The translations under genes and the position numbers were made by a program. Source: an uncultured delta proteobacterium (lineage in GTDB: Bacteria > Desulfobacterota > Syntrophobacteria > Syntrophobacterales > Syntrophobacteraceae). Taken from it: a DNA stretch of 64,000 nucleotides. The notes beneath the pieces are model-generated. The model saw nothing but the letters and a program-made list of their open reading frames with translations, made no database searches and was not told the origin of the DNA. The stretch spans positions 11,084 to 75,083 of the forward strand of contig CAVSIN010000018.1 of assembly GCA_963727975.1 (NCBI GenBank), given 5' to 3'. This document shows positions 62,965-64,000 of this stretch, in pieces (positions within the stretch are counted from its first letter, which is position 1; every line of letters begins with the position of its first letter).

Positions 62965-64000
62965 GATAACCTAAAATTCACCCACCCGAGAGCAGAATAA
63001 GCGCCGAAAAATCACCCACCCCCAGATGCCTTCTGGTAACACGAATGGGGAAATCCATGATGTGTTGGGGGAGGCTGGGAGGGATGATCACAATGGATCA
63101 GTATGACTACATTCGAACGGCGCACCGTGTGTATGCAAAGAGCATCCGGCAGATTCAAAGAGAGACCGGGCATGATCGGCAAACCATAAGGAAAGTGCTG
63201 GAGAGCGAGCCGGTTGGCTACACGACCAGAAGTGTTCAGCACTATCCCGCACTCGGTACGCATCTTAAACTCATTGACTCATGGCTTGAGGCTGATAAGA
63301 CAGCGGCCAGGAATCAGCGCCATACGGCGACCAGGATCCACAATCGACTCGTGAAAGAAGAGGGATTTTCAGGAAGTGAGTCGTGTGTTCGCCGATACGT
63401 CAGACACGCAAAGGTACGGCTTGGGGTAAACGCCGGCAAAGCATTCCTGCCCCTGGACCCGGATTGCGGCAACGAGGCCGAAGTGGACTGGGGAGGAGCA
63501 ATGGCCGTGGTCGGCGGAGAGGCAGTGCGGCTGAAGTTTTTCTGCATGCGTTCGAAGTTTTCCGGAAAGCCCTATATAAGGTTTTACCCCTGCGAACGCC
63601 AACAGGCCTTCTTTGATGCTCATATCCATGCCTTTGATTTCTTTGGGGGAATATTTAAGACTATTGTCTATGACAATCTTACCACAGCAGTTGAGAAAGT
63701 CCTTAAGGGCAAAAGGAGAGTCGAACAGGAGGCATTCAGGCAGTTTCACGCTTTCTATAACTTTATTCCCCGGTTCTGCAACCGGGCAAGCGGCAATGAG
63801 AAGGGGGGAGTGGAAGGTTTAGTCGGATTTGCCCGTCGCAACTATATGGTTCCAATCCCCAAGGCTGAAAGCATCGAGGAGTTAAATGAGCGGCTTCTTT
63901 GCGAGTGTGTGGCCTATGGGAACCACCGGATCGAAGGGCGACAGGCAACGGTTAATGAGTCTTTTGAAGGAGAAAGGGTCCATCTGATAGCCACCCCCTT
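62965..64000 (+). mobile_element. Left part of an IS21-family element (continues beyond the window); left boundary approximate
   Basis: Direct terminal repeats AAAATTCACCCACCC (62973-62987) and AAAAATCACCCACCC (63007-63021) are followed by istA. Confidence 0.7.
63084..64000 (+). CDS. istA: IS21-family transposase IstA, 5' partial (no stop in window; absent from the ORF track)
   Basis: Manual translation gives MITMDQYDYIRTAHRVYAKSIRQIQRETGHDRQTIRKVL (HTH)...RHTATRIHNRL...EAEVDWGGAMAVVGGEAVRLKFFCMRSKFSGKPYIRFYP...IVYDNLTTAV. An in-frame ATG also occurs at 63057. Confidence 0.85.
   Translation, partial: MITMDQYDYIRTAHRVYAKSIRQIQRETGHDRQTIRKVLESEPVGYTTRSVQHYPALGTHLKLIDSWLEADKTAARNQRHTATRIHNRLVKEEGFSGSESCVRRYVRHAKVRLGVNAGKAFLPLDPDCGNEAEVDWGGAMAVVGGEAVRLKFFCMRSKFSGKPYIRFYPCERQQAFFDAHIHAFDFFGGIFKTIVYDNLTTAVEKVLKGKRRVEQEAFRQFHAFYNFIPRFCNRASGNEKGGVEGLVGFARRNYMVPIPKAESIEELNERLLCECVAYGNHRIEGRQATVNESFEGERVHLIATP

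Noticed and set aside
62571-62981. The 136-aa minus-strand ORF overlapping the small plus-strand ORF.
   Set aside because: It has no RBS and a low-complexity translation, whereas the plus-strand ORF has a near-perfect RBS.

Overview
The window is 64 kb of high-GC DNA. Gene content suggests an anaerobic, deltaproteobacterium-like organism (Desulfobacterota/Syntrophia type), but that taxonomic call is inference only.

Gene content, left to right:
- 1-7.8 kb: a Desulfovibrio-MOP-type molybdenum aldehyde oxidoreductase with a conserved accessory cassette (C_GCAxxG_C_C protein, SAM methyltransferase, zinc-ribbon protein, FAD/FeS/CCG oxidoreductase, molybdopterin-binding protein).
- 8.5-18 kb: housekeeping genes (K+-channel-like protein, uvrC, DedA, Smr, a DAHP synthase-prephenate dehydratase fusion, a thioredoxin reductase-thioredoxin fusion).
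- 18.9-28.1 kb: a complete anaerobe-type Mo-nitrogenase cluster, nifH-nifI1-nifI2-nifD-nifK-fdx-nifE-nifN-nifB, behind a clear sigma-54 promoter.
- 28-64 kb: an accessory-looking region.
  - Transport, envelope and signalling genes: a POT transporter plus a duplicated 3' remnant, DUF1059, an acyltransferase, an L,D-transpeptidase-like protein and a hybrid histidine kinase.
  - An AT-rich kinase-like/Usp islet next to an IS1634 element.
  - Secreted phosphatases.
  - A GAF/sigma-54 NifA-like regulator.
  - Orphan larE-larC downstream of a second sigma-54 activator and a Tat-signal DUF362 / 4Fe-4S / AOR-family operon.
  - An intact IS701-family element.
  - A beta-propeller-phosphoesterase fusion, a Phd-VapC pair, and the left end of an IS21 element that runs off the window.

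Two window-wide observations:
1. About half of the genes are broken by frameshifts, roughly one per kb. Three checked sites sit at homopolymer runs, and protein similarity continues in the new frame. I read most of them as assembly indels rather than real decay.
2. A ~50-200 nt intergenic repeat family with head CCTCRTAYGACAGAY-TATATA occurs at least five times at gene boundaries.

Coordinates for frameshifted genes are outer boundaries of the reconstructed gene.
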